DNA of 64,000 nucleotides from Elsinoe ampelina (lineage: Eukaryota), in assembly GCA_010093995.1 (NCBI GenBank), contig ML992506.1, positions 1,355,617 through 1,419,616 on the forward strand, given 5' to 3'. Shown in pieces: positions 34,323 to 45,853 of this stretch. Each line of letters starts with the position of its first letter. The stretch's first letter is position 1. The notes below the pieces were generated by a model, which did no database searches, was not told where the DNA came from, and was given only the letters and a program-made list of their open reading frames with translations. Position numbers and translations under genes: made by a program.

Positions 34323-36413
34323 TCAGAAGCGGTTATTGCCGTATGGTGAGGGTGATGAGGTGTAGTCGCTGCGGTCGATCGGCGCTGTGGCGCTTCGTTG
34401 TAAGGGGCGTTGTGGGCCAAAATAGTCTTGGCTCTGCGACATTGGCTGAAGCTCCACCGGATTGGTCACGTTACGGCGCAACGGACTGGCGTGAGTCGTG
34501 GCCGGGGCACTTGGGGAACGTCCGTATGGGTTGAAAGCGACATAGCCATTACCTTGGCCATTGACTGGCGATGGCGTCGACCTGGTGCCAACAGAGAGTG
34601 GCGATATCCTCTCTGCAATGGGAGGCGGGCTGCGGCTGTCGAAGTGGGGTCGATTCTCATTTGAGAATGGTCGGTTAAAGCTTTGACGTGATACGATGCG
34701 GTTCTGCGTTGTGGCTTGACTGTATACTGACGCCGTGTAGTTTGATATCGGGGTCATTTCTCGAGAAGGCTGTTCTGGTATCGTATAGGTGTTATTGGTG
34801 TATGATCGCTGTGGTGGTCCGAAGCCAGGGCCGCCGCCACTCATGGCGCTGCCAGATCGCGAAAGAGGATTCCGATCTTCGTTCGAGCTGAAGCCAGTGT
34901 TCGATCGCGACGGCATAGCTCTTGTCGGTGGTGTGCCATAGCTTCTTTGAGAACTCATCGTACTGCTTGTGAGTGTACGAGCAGGTGGTGGTCTATTGCT
35001 CATAGCGCTGCCAGACATTTGTCTGTCGATGGGTGACATGCCGTCCATTGGCGACTCTGGCCGGCTATCATAGCCCATGCCGTTCGCATTGTGCAGCAGT
35101 GATGCTTTCGATGAGTATGTGGCATCTGAGAAGCCAGACATACCTGTGTTCTGCCTTTGAACCCGAGGTGGCATGTTGGCACTCAATGCAAGATCTGGTA
35201 GAGTCGGCTGCCTCTGCAAGCCACCAGGGGACGGATTGTCGTTCCTCGTCGGCGGTCTTGACGTGTATGGTGGTAACGTCGAGACAGTGTCGGTCCGTAC
35301 AAGACCAAAGCCTGCAGAGTTCTTCTCTTCATCGTACTTGCCCAAGTCCGGCAGAGTTGGCTGGCGGATAGGTTGACCGGGAAGCGTAGGACCCTTGCCA
35401 GACTTTCCAGCGGCAGCCTGTCTCGCCTCTTCTCGTTGGCGCTTCCTTTCCGACTCTTCGAGGGCAGCCTGGACCTTCTTCTCGACAATCTTCTCCAATC
35501 TCCTATCAACCTTGCGACGGCAGTAGACGCTCAAGCGACCGTCCTCTTCAGGTATATAATGCCACAAAAAGACCAGATAGAGTATCAAGGCAGCGAGCAA
35601 GCAGAGGGCCGAAAATATCCAGATGACGAGCGTGAAGACCATGGAGAAGAGCACGATAGCCTGCTCATTCGAGGAATTCCACAGCGCCGCCACATTGAGA
35701 AAGAACTGGATGACAGGGGATGAGCCATCCTTCGCAGCGTGAGCACCGATAGGCACTAGATCAGCCCTAGCCACAGATATGATGGTCAAAGCATTGATGA
35801 CCTGACGACCACCCTCGGCGATGATGATCCGGACGGCACCTGGAACACGTCAGCAGTTGCCCATCTCCCTCTCGACCATCACACTTACTCTTGAACTCAA
35901 AGTAGACGAAGAACGCAACATAATCCGCGCCCTTCCGGCTCTTTGTCAGGGAAGCAAAGACCAAGAATCTCTTCCAACCCTTGCCCCTCATGGACTGTAG
36001 CTGCACAGCCAACGGATCCATGTAGCTCTCCGCCACACCGCCCCTGCGAATGACTCTGATGGCGCGTAACCACTCATAGGCATAGAGCGCAAATGAGAAC
36101 ATGATGCACCCTACGAAGATCCATTTCGAGTACTTCAAATCGATGGCGGGTTTGATCTGCGACGACCACTTGTCCAGGATAAGCAAGTTGACAGCAGTGA
36201 AGCAATCGACCGCAAAGACAGCCACGCCGACCAGGGCGAAGAACCAAACTGTGAGGTAAGAGAAGGGCGTCCATGATGATGTGGCGTGGAAGTCGTCTAG
36301 ATTCTGCGAGAGGTCAGCACTTTCGCCTACAATCATCTCACTCTGCCACATACAATGTACGCCCACTTCGCCGACTCGTCAATGTGTCCCTTGTCTTTCC
36401 CAAAACACCCCAT
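34323..36413 (-). CDS. KCH1: Kch1/Prm6-family low-affinity potassium transporter / vacuolar membrane protein
   Basis: MGCFGKDKGHIDESAKWAYI|NLDDF..., AVDCFTAVNLL..WSSQIKP, KRFLVFASLTKS..G.DYVA, RIIIAEGGRQVINALT and YCRRKVDRRL motifs. Two introns. Confidence 0.82.
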
Positions 36414-37601
36414 TTTGATTGTCCAAGAATTACTCCGTCTCTCTTTTCAGTATATCTCCCTCTTCCAGTCCAGCTGTATCTCTCCTGCTTGCGCGATGGT
36501 AGCCCCGTCGGCACGCGTCCGTTTCACCGTCCCCCGCTCGCAAGGGATGTCAAGTGTCTTCGTAGTAGTGAGAAATTACTGTGGTCCGCCCGGCGGATTC
36601 GGAAGTGTCGACCGATAAAGAGTGTGTCGCCTCGATAGCAAGATGTAATGAAAGTGATGTAAAAGGCGCAGCCCCGTTCCAAAGGAAGTGATTCAGGAGG
36701 TAAAGAGCGTTTCTGTGGATTTTTCTCAGAGGCTGGCGCGAGGAATGCAGAGGCACATGGTACAACGGCCGTTCAACGGTGAAGGGCTGGGGGAGGGGAG
36801 GAAACGGTGCTGGAAAAGGCCCCTGTGCCGTTGAGGATGGTGATGGTCGTTGGACAATGATGCCGTGCGAATGGTCCTTTGAGTAGAGTTGGACAATTCG
36901 ACGTCGATAATGCCAGGCCGTCCTATTGTCTTGGTGTAGGTACCCGCGCGGGCTGGTATTGAAAGGAGCGTCGATAACAAAGAGCGTCAGATATGCCGTC
37001 CGTAAGGAGCGAGACGGCAGATCAGTGGTCGAAGCACAAAGCGTAAGAGAAAGTGGTGATCAGACGAGACGGCGTAGGGGTCGAAGAGGTGAGGGCTTCG
37101 GAGTCAAGATGGTGTGGGTGAAGAGGCAGATGTGAAACCGGCAGAACAAGAGGGCGGCGTCTGGAACCGTGGGCGCGTCGAGGGTTTCATCTCTGTCTAG
37201 TCCAGGCACCCGGCCAATCAAATGTTCCCACAGGCGCTTTAGCATTGTCCATCCAAATAACCTTGCTCACTGCTTGGTCTCGCTGGCTCTTCCGGCTTGC
37301 CCGACTCTTGTGCTTCTTATTTGCATCTGCTCAGAAACCTTGGTCGTCTTCAGTCAAACGACGAAGATCGGACGAACTGCACATGAAGCGCTTGCTCAGA
37401 CGGCTGGGCAAACGTCCACCTTGCACATGCTCGTCACCATTCATAGCACGAGACTGATGAATCACCATGATTATACAAAGACATTCTTATTCTTCTCGCC
37501 GGTCCGTAGACTCATCTTCCTCGAGCCGCGGCCGGAAGTGACTCGGTATATCTGCTCACTGAATATGCTGGTAAGAAATTCCGCACTGCTACATTGGTAA
37601 T

Positions 37602-39853
37602 CTACAGCTCGTCATGCGATGGCTCGTCGTCACCGTAATCTGGCATTCCACCAGCTCCACCCTCGCCGGCGCTGCCGTAGAGCTTGCTTGTGATCGGGTA
37701 GGCGACATTGCTGAGCTTTTCCTTCTGCTCGTTGTAGTCTTCAGCTTCGGCGGTGGCGCCGTTGGCCTCGAGCCACTCGGTGACCTCCTTGACGGCGTCG
37801 AGGATCTGTATATTGTCAGTATACCGTAAAACTCGCGAACAGCTGTGGGCTTGCTTACAGCTTCCTTGTCATCAGGCTCGATCTTGCCACCCATACCCTC
37901 GTTGTCGTTGACCTGGCTCTTCAGTGAGAAAGCGTAGTTCTCGAGACCATTCCTGGCCTCAACACGCGAACGGGTAGCCTTGTCCTCATCGGCGTACTTC
38001 TCGGCCTCGGCAACCATGCGCTCGATATCTTCAGTGCTGAGACGACCCTTGTCGTTTGTAATTGTGATAGACTCGCTCTTTCCAGTGCCCTTGTCGCCGG
38101 CACTTACTTTCAAGATTCCGTTGGCGTCGAGCTCGAATGTGACCTCAATTTGTGGTACACCTCTTGGTGCGGCAGGGATTCCGGTGAGTTCGAACTTGCC
38201 GAGCTGGTTATTGTCCTTAGTCATAGGTCGTTCACCTTCGAACACCTGGATCAAAACGACCGGCTGGTTGTCGGCGGCTGTGGAGAAGATCTGAGTCTTC
38301 TTGGTTGGGATGGTAGTACCACGCTTGATCAAGTGGGTCATGACACCACCGGTGGTTTCGATACCGAGAGTGAGAGGGTTGACGTCCATGAGGACGACAT
38401 TCTTGGCCTCTTCCTCACCTGACAGAATACCACCCTGGACGGCAGCACCGTAAGCGACAGCCTCGTCGGGGTTGATACCCTTGGAAGCCTTCTTCCCGAA
38501 GTACTCCTCGAGCATGGCCTGAACCTTGGGAATACGAGTAGAACCACCAACGAGAACAATGTCATCAATGTCGGTCTTCTTCATCTTGGCGTCCTTGAGA
38601 ACCTGCTCAACTGGTTTGAGGGTCTTCTTGAACAAATCGTTGTTGAGCTCCTCGAACTTGGCGCGGGTAAGGGTCTCGGAGAAGTCCTTGCCCTTGTGGA
38701 AAGCTTCGATTTCGATACGAGTGGACATCTGGGAAGAGAGAGTACGCTTGGCCTTTTCGACCTCACGCTTCAGCTTACCCATGGTCTTGGGGTCTTTGGC
38801 GATGTCGGCGTCGTTCTCCTTGTTGTACTTCTTGGTGAAGTAGTCCATGACACGCTGATCGAAGTCCTCACCACCAAGATGTGTGTCACCGGCGGTAGCC
38901 TGAACCTCGAAGACGCCCTCGTCGACAGTCAAGATGGAGACATCGAAGGTACCACCACCGAGATCGTAGACGATAATCTGGCGTTCCTTGTCGGTCTTGT
39001 CGAGGCCATAAGCCAGGGCAGCCGCAGTGGGCTCGTTGACTACACGGAGAACGTTGAGGCCGGCAATGGTGCCTGCGTCCTTGGTCGCGGCACGCTGAGC
39101 GTCGTTGAAGTAGGCTGGGACAGTGACGACGGCGTTGACGACCTTCTCACCGAGGTAGGCCTCGGCGACTTCTCGCATCTTCTGAAGGATCATGGAGCTG
39201 ACTTCCTCGGGAGTGAAAGTCTTGGACTCGCTGCAGTTCGCGTTAGCCATGCCTCGAACTGATCTTGACAAGTGTCCACTCACCCCTTGACATCGACCTC
39301 GACTCTGGGCTGTCCGCTCTTGTTGACGACCTTGAATGGGAAGTGCTTCATGTCACGCTGGACATCCTTGTCGTTGAACTTGCGACCAATCATGCGCTTG
39401 ATATCGAAGATTGTTCGTCGAGGGTTGGCGGCGTACTGATTCTTTGCTATTGAGCTGTCAGGAGCTGCAAATCATGCTCATTATTCCTGCAAAACATACC
39501 TGCGTCACCAACGAGACGCTCATCGTCATTCCAGGCAACGTATGATGGTGTGATACGGTTACCCTGATCGTTTACGAGGATTTCGACCTTTCCGCCCTTC
39601 ATGATACCGACACAAGAGTAGGTGGTTCCAAGATCGATACCGATGACTGTCGAAATGATTAGCCCTGCTTCTCACCTTCACACGAAGCTCTAGACTCACC
39701 AGGTCCAGTCACACCAGAGTCCTTGACAGGCTTCTGATCTTGCGCTTGCGCGCCAGTGCCCATCAACACCATTGGTGCCAAAAGGACAAGAAGGAGGTAC
39801 ATGACGGTAGACCACGCAAAGCGTGACTCCGTCCTTGACGTCCGCCTCGACAT
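37602..39853 (-). CDS. KAR2: ER Hsp70 chaperone BiP
   Basis: Signal peptide, [45 protein letters not shown], and C-terminal HDEL* at 37602. Four introns. Confidence 0.97.
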
Positions 39854-40185
39854 TGTGATGTGTGTGTAGTCTCTCGACGACAAGGGGTATAGAGCTCGTG
39901 AGCAGCGGGGTCACCCAATGGGCCTCGAGATAGCTGGATGCAACAATTGAAGGAAGAGAACAACAGCCACTGAAGACCAGTCCTGAGGGGGAAGTTGATT
40001 GCTAAGAAAGGAATCGCAAACTAAGGCGAGAAGGATGGGAAGGAGGAAAGTGTTGTTCGAGTGGTGGACGTTTTTTAGAGCTCTAGAGAAAATGACACGG
40101 GGCACGTTGCAGCAGTGGTCAAGACGTCAGGGTCCAGCTCCACAGGTCTCGATGCTCTCAGCTTTGGTGGCTGCTGCTTGCTGTG

Positions 40186-40195
40186 GCCACGCTGG
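40186..40195 (-). promoter_or_regulatory. Putative unfolded-protein-response element (Hac1/HacA site) upstream of KAR2
   Basis: The - strand reads CCAGCGTGGC, containing the CAGCGTG UPRE core, about 335 bp upstream of the BiP ATG. An nGAAnnTTCn HSE unit (AGAACTTTCT) lies at about 40213. Confidence 0.55.
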
Positions 40196-40525
40196 CCTAA
40201 TCCCGACACACCAGAACTTTCTTTGAGAGGTCATTCAGCCTCATTTCCGGTCATTATTAGCTGAGGAGTATTCGACGGTTTGCTTCAGTTGTGAGTCAAA
40301 ACAAGATTAGTCAACCTGATCGTGACTGTTTTGCTTTCTTAACACGTTTCAATTACTATTCATGCTGAGCCAACTATGTGCAAGAAGCTGTGAGTATCAA
40401 AATACCAGAACAACACTACAAGCATGAGGTCGCGTGCTGTTCCCGCAGACACCTTCTGACCAGCAAATCCATTCCAGAAACACAACACGTAGGTATCATC
40501 TCTCCCCTCCCCTCTTCTTCCAGTA

Positions 40526-41346
40526 TCACACAACCACCCCCCTCCCCTTCGCCTCCCAAAACATCTTCAACCCCCTCACCCTCCCCGCCTCAGTCCCCAC
40601 CTCCCTCCTCTCCGCCCTCCCCTCCCTCCTCTCCTCCACCTTCAACCGTCTCTGCAACCTCCAAACCAACACGCCCACGCCAATCCCCGCCTCCCTCCTC
40701 CTCCCAATCTCCCCCGCCTTCCTCTCCAACCAAACCCTCAATCCCTCCTTCACCTTCTCTCTCTCCACCTTCTTCTTCCTCTCCACCACCAGCCCTCCCG
40801 TCCCGGACGCGGAGAAGACGTACTCCCCGCTCGCTCTGTCGCGACGACAACATTCTCGCGGGAGGATATTGGCAGAGACGAGCGAGGAGAGGCCTGGTCG
40901 TCGGGACAAGGAGCGGTTGAGGCGGATGCAGACGAGGGACCAGTGGAGGCGGCGGGCGGCGAGGTGGGTGCGGGTGAGGTAGATGGCGGAGGTGGGGGGT
41001 TGGAGAGAAGACAGGGGAGGGCGGGTCGAGAGGAGGTGCGGGAGGGTGAGGGTTGTAAAACGGAGGCGGCGGTTGTGGAGGTAGGGGTCGAGGGCGAGGG
41101 CGCGGAGGTGGTGGGAGGTCTGGTTGTGTTAGGGTTGAGGGCAGGAGGAGGGGAGGGCGAGGTAATGGGGAAGGGGAGACTTACTCTTGATATTACGAGG
41201 AGTTCGGGGACGTCGAGGTAGTATAGCACGCTCACCAGTATTTCATCTGGCAGTCGCAGTAGTCCGTTTTTCGCAACCTGGTTGTTGTCGCCGTGGGTGT
41301 CCCTCGGCCCTAACTCCGATTCCACCATGTCGTTCCGCGCGAGCAT
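40526..41346 (-). CDS. F-box domain protein with RPEL-like repeats
   Basis: F-box LLRLPDEILVSVLYYLDVPELLVISR|TSHHLRALALDP (intron about 41121-41183), then LNRSLSRRPGLSSLVSANILP and a C-terminal VRGLKMFWE motif. Confidence 0.75.
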
Positions 41347-42738
41347 GTCGATTCCCCGAGATCAGTGAACTGTGAACGTCCAGCGGTAGCGCTCAGGGCG
41401 TACTTGAGTCGACGACGAAGTGACCATTGAAGACGCGACAGATGCAGGTACAGAAAATATCGGGGCTGGTAGCGACCAGAGTTGAGGCCGGGTCCCGTGA
41501 TTGCAGGCGCCGTGCCTTGAAACATTGGATCATCCAGGGCCGGGGATGCGTCATGGCTTGGAAGCAGCAACCTTTGAATTCAGCCTGCTCTGTGAGGAGC
41601 ATGGAATGCGTTGGGCGGAATCTTGATGTGTGCAAGCCGTTTTTGGCCGCCCGGATGCGGGGACATACGGAATGTCGACTTGCGGCTCCAGCTGGCTGTG
41701 TAGAGCTTCCACTACAAGACTGTCCCTACGATGGGTGCAGGTTGCTAAAGTCTGCTTGTGGTGAGCGTTCGGCTGGAGTTTTGTGAGTCGGTACTGGTGT
41801 AGAGCCGAGTGACATATGACGGAAATGCAGAGTGTGTGCAAAGGCAAGTCAAACCGCGTCTGCTCGCGCACTCAGTGCATGCAGGACTCTATAGAAGATC
41901 TGAATGTTTCTCGAGGAGATCAACAGTGTCTCCATGGTCATGTCCTTCATTCATGCGTTCTGCCTCTGGGTCCTCGGTGTGGTCAAAAAGAAGACGGAGA
42001 CAAGAGTTCACAAGCAGATGGGTCCTGGTTACTTGATCAGGATTTGCAACCGCTTCACCGCTCTCTTGCTCGTCTATGTTTACTACAAACAGGTTCGGCC
42101 TTGGTAGACACAGAGTGTCACTGCGTTCGCTGCGAATCATGGCCTTCTGAAGATAGTTTTGAAGCCCGTTCGTGCTGGGAAAGTCCGCTCTGCTTTCATC
42201 CGGCCTCGCTTCTGGGTGATCCCGGCATTTCGACAGACACTCCACTGTGCTAGACGGAAGAATGGAATTCGCAGCCAGATCACAGCATGGATCTCATGCA
42301 GGCGCGACTCGTTTGCTCTGCCATGCATACTTCCGAGCCGAATCAGCGGGTCTGCCGAACTCACAGCCATTGGGTAGAGCAGCGTGGCTGGCTCGATCTA
42401 GCCAGGGAGGACGATGTAACTTGACATATCGCTTCGTCTGTTCCAGGCATGTCTGTAGGTGATACCTCTCTGTCGCTGCTACATGCTGTATTAGCAGTCA
42501 TTATTCGGAGTTTGCCAGGGCGAAGATGAATCAGGGAGGTGAAGAGATCGGACAAAGCTGTCAAGTGCCATTCTGGCTACCTGCAGCTTCCTGCCCCACT
42601 ACAGTGCGCAATGGGCTGCTCGAGCCTGTGGAGCTCCAGCGCATACCCGCATGTGGAGCGGCAGCGTCTTCTTCTCATGTGATGAGAAGGATGCGCGCTT
42701 TACCGCGCTAGGGAGATTGGCTGGTGAACGTCAAGGCT

Positions 42739-42773
42739 TGGTGGTGGTGGTGGTGGTGGTGGTGGTGGTGGTG
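42739..42773 (+). repeat. (TGG)n microsatellite, about 11-12 units
   Basis: Seen directly. Confidence 0.95.
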
Positions 42774-44855
42774 AGACGAAGGCACATGTCAAAAGCTCGC
42801 ACTACCGACGACACAGGCTCAATGGAAGTTTGACAAGTTGGCCGCGTTGCAAGAGCAGTGCAGCTACATTGTGTCCAATTGATCTGCCTGCAAGTGGGAG
42901 GATGCTCCGTACGTACGCCCTGGCGTGGGAGTGATGTATCCATCCGAGCAAAGACTTTTTTGCCTTTTTCCTTCCCATCCAGCCACCTGGGTTTGAAGCG
43001 AGTCGATCAATGGCTCGCCCTGCATAGAGAGCTGATCGATTCTGCCGATTAGCTAAGGCTCTGACGTTGCGATTCATGATCATGATTCGAGAACCGTGCG
43101 GAGCAAACATGCTGTGTCTCGACTCTGTATGATGCCTTTTGTATCCTTCGGCCCGCATCGACTTCTCAAACTTCTCCGACATTAATCTTCCTCGAAACTC
43201 GAATTCTTTGTGGGAACTTTGTCTGTGTTGTCATATTCAACAAGTCTGAATTCCACGGATCTTTCGGAAGAGGCATTATCTACTTGGAAACTACCTCAGC
43301 CGTCATGGTGCGCTGAAATCCGCAAGATCATCCTTCGGAGACCACTCTACATGGCTGTCTAGCACATCGACGCTCTTTTCCTGCCCAAAGGCCATCTGCC
43401 ACGTCAGTGGTGAGGAGATGGAGGTACTATAGCTCAGAGCTAAAAGCAAGTCATTGCTGGTCTCGGTCTGGAGGCTTGAGGGGCACGGTTTCGTGCAGAT
43501 CGCCTAGTCCTCGACGTAGATATGAGGCAAATGTCGTACCAGTCTCCACTAGGAATGAGGTAACTGGCGAATCGGTTGAAACGAAGTCGCATATCGTCGT
43601 TGCTCTTGACAGTGCTGGGCACTTGTTGCAGGATCGTTGCTACATTAGGGCAGTGCTGAATGCTGAGATCGACACCCGAGAAGGACATTACCTGTCATTG
43701 GATGTGCGAGGCTGTGTCGACTGGGAGATAAAGCGTGCTGACGATGATAGACAAGACCATGGCATTGTCTAGAAGCGAGTGTTGAGCATGGTTGGATTGT
43801 TGTCGTTGAACCCTGCATGGCACGGGATCGATTGGATATGCTGCAAGCATTCGCGCATGCCGAGACGTGTATGGTATTGAGCGGACCATGGGACATGTCG
43901 TAAACATCAGGTGAGGGTGTGACGGTGGTTGGTGGAATGATACGCCAAGTGGCTGATCATTGGACGGACGGGAGAGTCTATAGTGACCGAGGCATCCGTG
44001 AATTGCAGAGCCTGCTATCGGAAACGTGCATGAGGTGGTCAGTGTGTAGTTCGGCACGATAGTTGACAGGGGTGTAGCACTTGTTGACATGGACACGTGA
44101 TGGTACGTTCCTGTCTCGGGAGGATGGAGTGGAGACGCGTCGAGAGCTTGATGGTAAAATGGAACCGCAACGACCTACCAAATGCAACCCACCGAGGAGA
44201 TATGCCATTGTTCCGGCGCCGCCATTGGCTTGTATCGTCCAAGAAGGTTGAGGCGGGACCCCAGCGAGAGTTCAAGACAATATCATGCCGTGTCATGCTT
44301 CAACTAGCGTGCGTGATATACTGTCGACGGCTGAACATATGCAAGCATGGTGATCGGCTCATCCAAAGCTCCAGACTATCGAATGTGAAGCATGCTGATT
44401 GGACTTGTAGGTAATGTTTACGAATGCGTATCGAAGATAGCGACGTGGTACTTCATGAGTGGTGGGAATGAGTCCATGGTGTGATGTGAAAGTTGAGAAG
44501 ACAGACACCTGAGACAGGTATAAAAGAAGTCCGTGACTGTGAGGAGAGGTTTGTGTCCAGTAAGGAAGTCTGCCAAAGACAAAAGTGAAACTCCACCTCG
44601 AACATAGTCAGGAGAGGTTGGGTATCAGAGCCGTCCAGGTGTTCCGCAAAGATCCCAAGGTAAGTCCGCAAGTGGTCGACAGACCTCCAGCATGGCGGTG
44701 GTTGAGAAAGAGACTGACAAGAAAGCAGGAAAACGAGCCCCTTATATCGATCTTGACACCCGAGTGAAACCACAGTCAGGTGAGCCGACGCCGCTCCTTC
44801 TTGGGTTGGATGAGAGTGACTGACGCAGTGTGATAGACACCCCTGAAACGCCAAC

Positions 44856-45203
44856 ATGTGCTTTTACGACATGGTCTGCTTCGCCTGCGGCGACTGGCGT
44901 TGGGACAAGTTCCGCCAACGATGTAGCCAGGAGTACCGGATCGGCGAGACCTGCGGCAGGCGGCTAGTTGCCACGAGCATTCCCATGGCCAACAAGTGCA
45001 AGATCTGTGAGAAGCTGGAGGCGAAGGTTCGAAGGAGGACCGCAGAGTACGAGAGAGTTCTCAGATGGCAACGAGAAGGAGGCAAGTTCAAGGCTTCGAT
45101 CGAAAAGTCCATTGCCATGATCCGAGAGCTGGATATTGACATCCAACGCCTGGCTGCTCAAAGGACACAGAACGTCCCTGGTGCACTCGGTGGCCGACGA
45201 TAG
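44856..45203 (+). CDS. Small conserved fungal Cys-rich protein (115 aa), function unknown
   Basis: Good Kozak context (CAAC ATG). MCFYDMVCFACGDWRW...C...GETCG...CKIC followed by a coiled-coil. TATAAAAG at about 44519 and probable 5'-UTR intron(s): donors GTAAGT 44660 and GTGAGC 44780, branch CTGAC and TAG about 44835. Confidence 0.8.
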   Translation: MCFYDMVCFACGDWRWDKFRQRCSQEYRIGETCGRRLVATSIPMANKCKICEKLEAKVRRRTAEYERVLRWQREGGKFKASIEKSIAMIRELDIDIQRLAAQRTQNVPGALGGRR

Positions 45204-45853
45204 ACTACTGCTGTCACCGGGTCGGCCATCCGTTCCATTCTTCATGTGAAATTCACAGCTTGAGGACCATTCATTTCGGTTGTTGCGGGATGTCGAAACT
45301 GAGGCTGAGATCGGAAACTCACCGCATGTCGTTCCAGTCAGTCTCTTCTGATTCAAGCAATGTGTAGTTTTTTTTTTGAGATCGAGAACAAGTCATCCAT
45401 TCAGTAGCCGCTGTTTCAATAGTGCTCAATTATGTGCTGTATATGATGTCGAAGGTTGGGCACGGGCGTAGGTGGCCGAAAAGGCGGCCAACGACAGTGA
45501 CGGGTGAAGCGCTCGTCGCTGGCCAGACATCATGGGACCCACCACATCTTGCTCGTGAAAGTGGTTCCCATTGTAACCCTATCTATTCTCGGCTTCGATG
45601 GCGATAAAGGCGATTCGTAGCAATTGATGTAAAGTGGGAGAGAAGAGTGGTTCAGAGGGCTGACCGCAACTTGGAAACACGCCAAATCCTTCGCCTGTCG
45701 GTCACGTGAGAGCAGAGCGGCTATTTGCAGGACAGAAGATCATTCTATTCAATCACACTATTGCATCCGCTGAGAAGAAAAAGTTAATCTAATGCTGGTT
45801 CTGCGTTGTCATTAATCCTCGCTTATCGTTGAATTGAGTCACGGTGCTCTCCA

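Noticed and set aside
41889..42370. Protein-like - strand ORFs (118 and 77 aa) as a possible gene relic
   Set aside because: No recognisable domain or consistent start/splice structure. Cannot be supported without a homology search.
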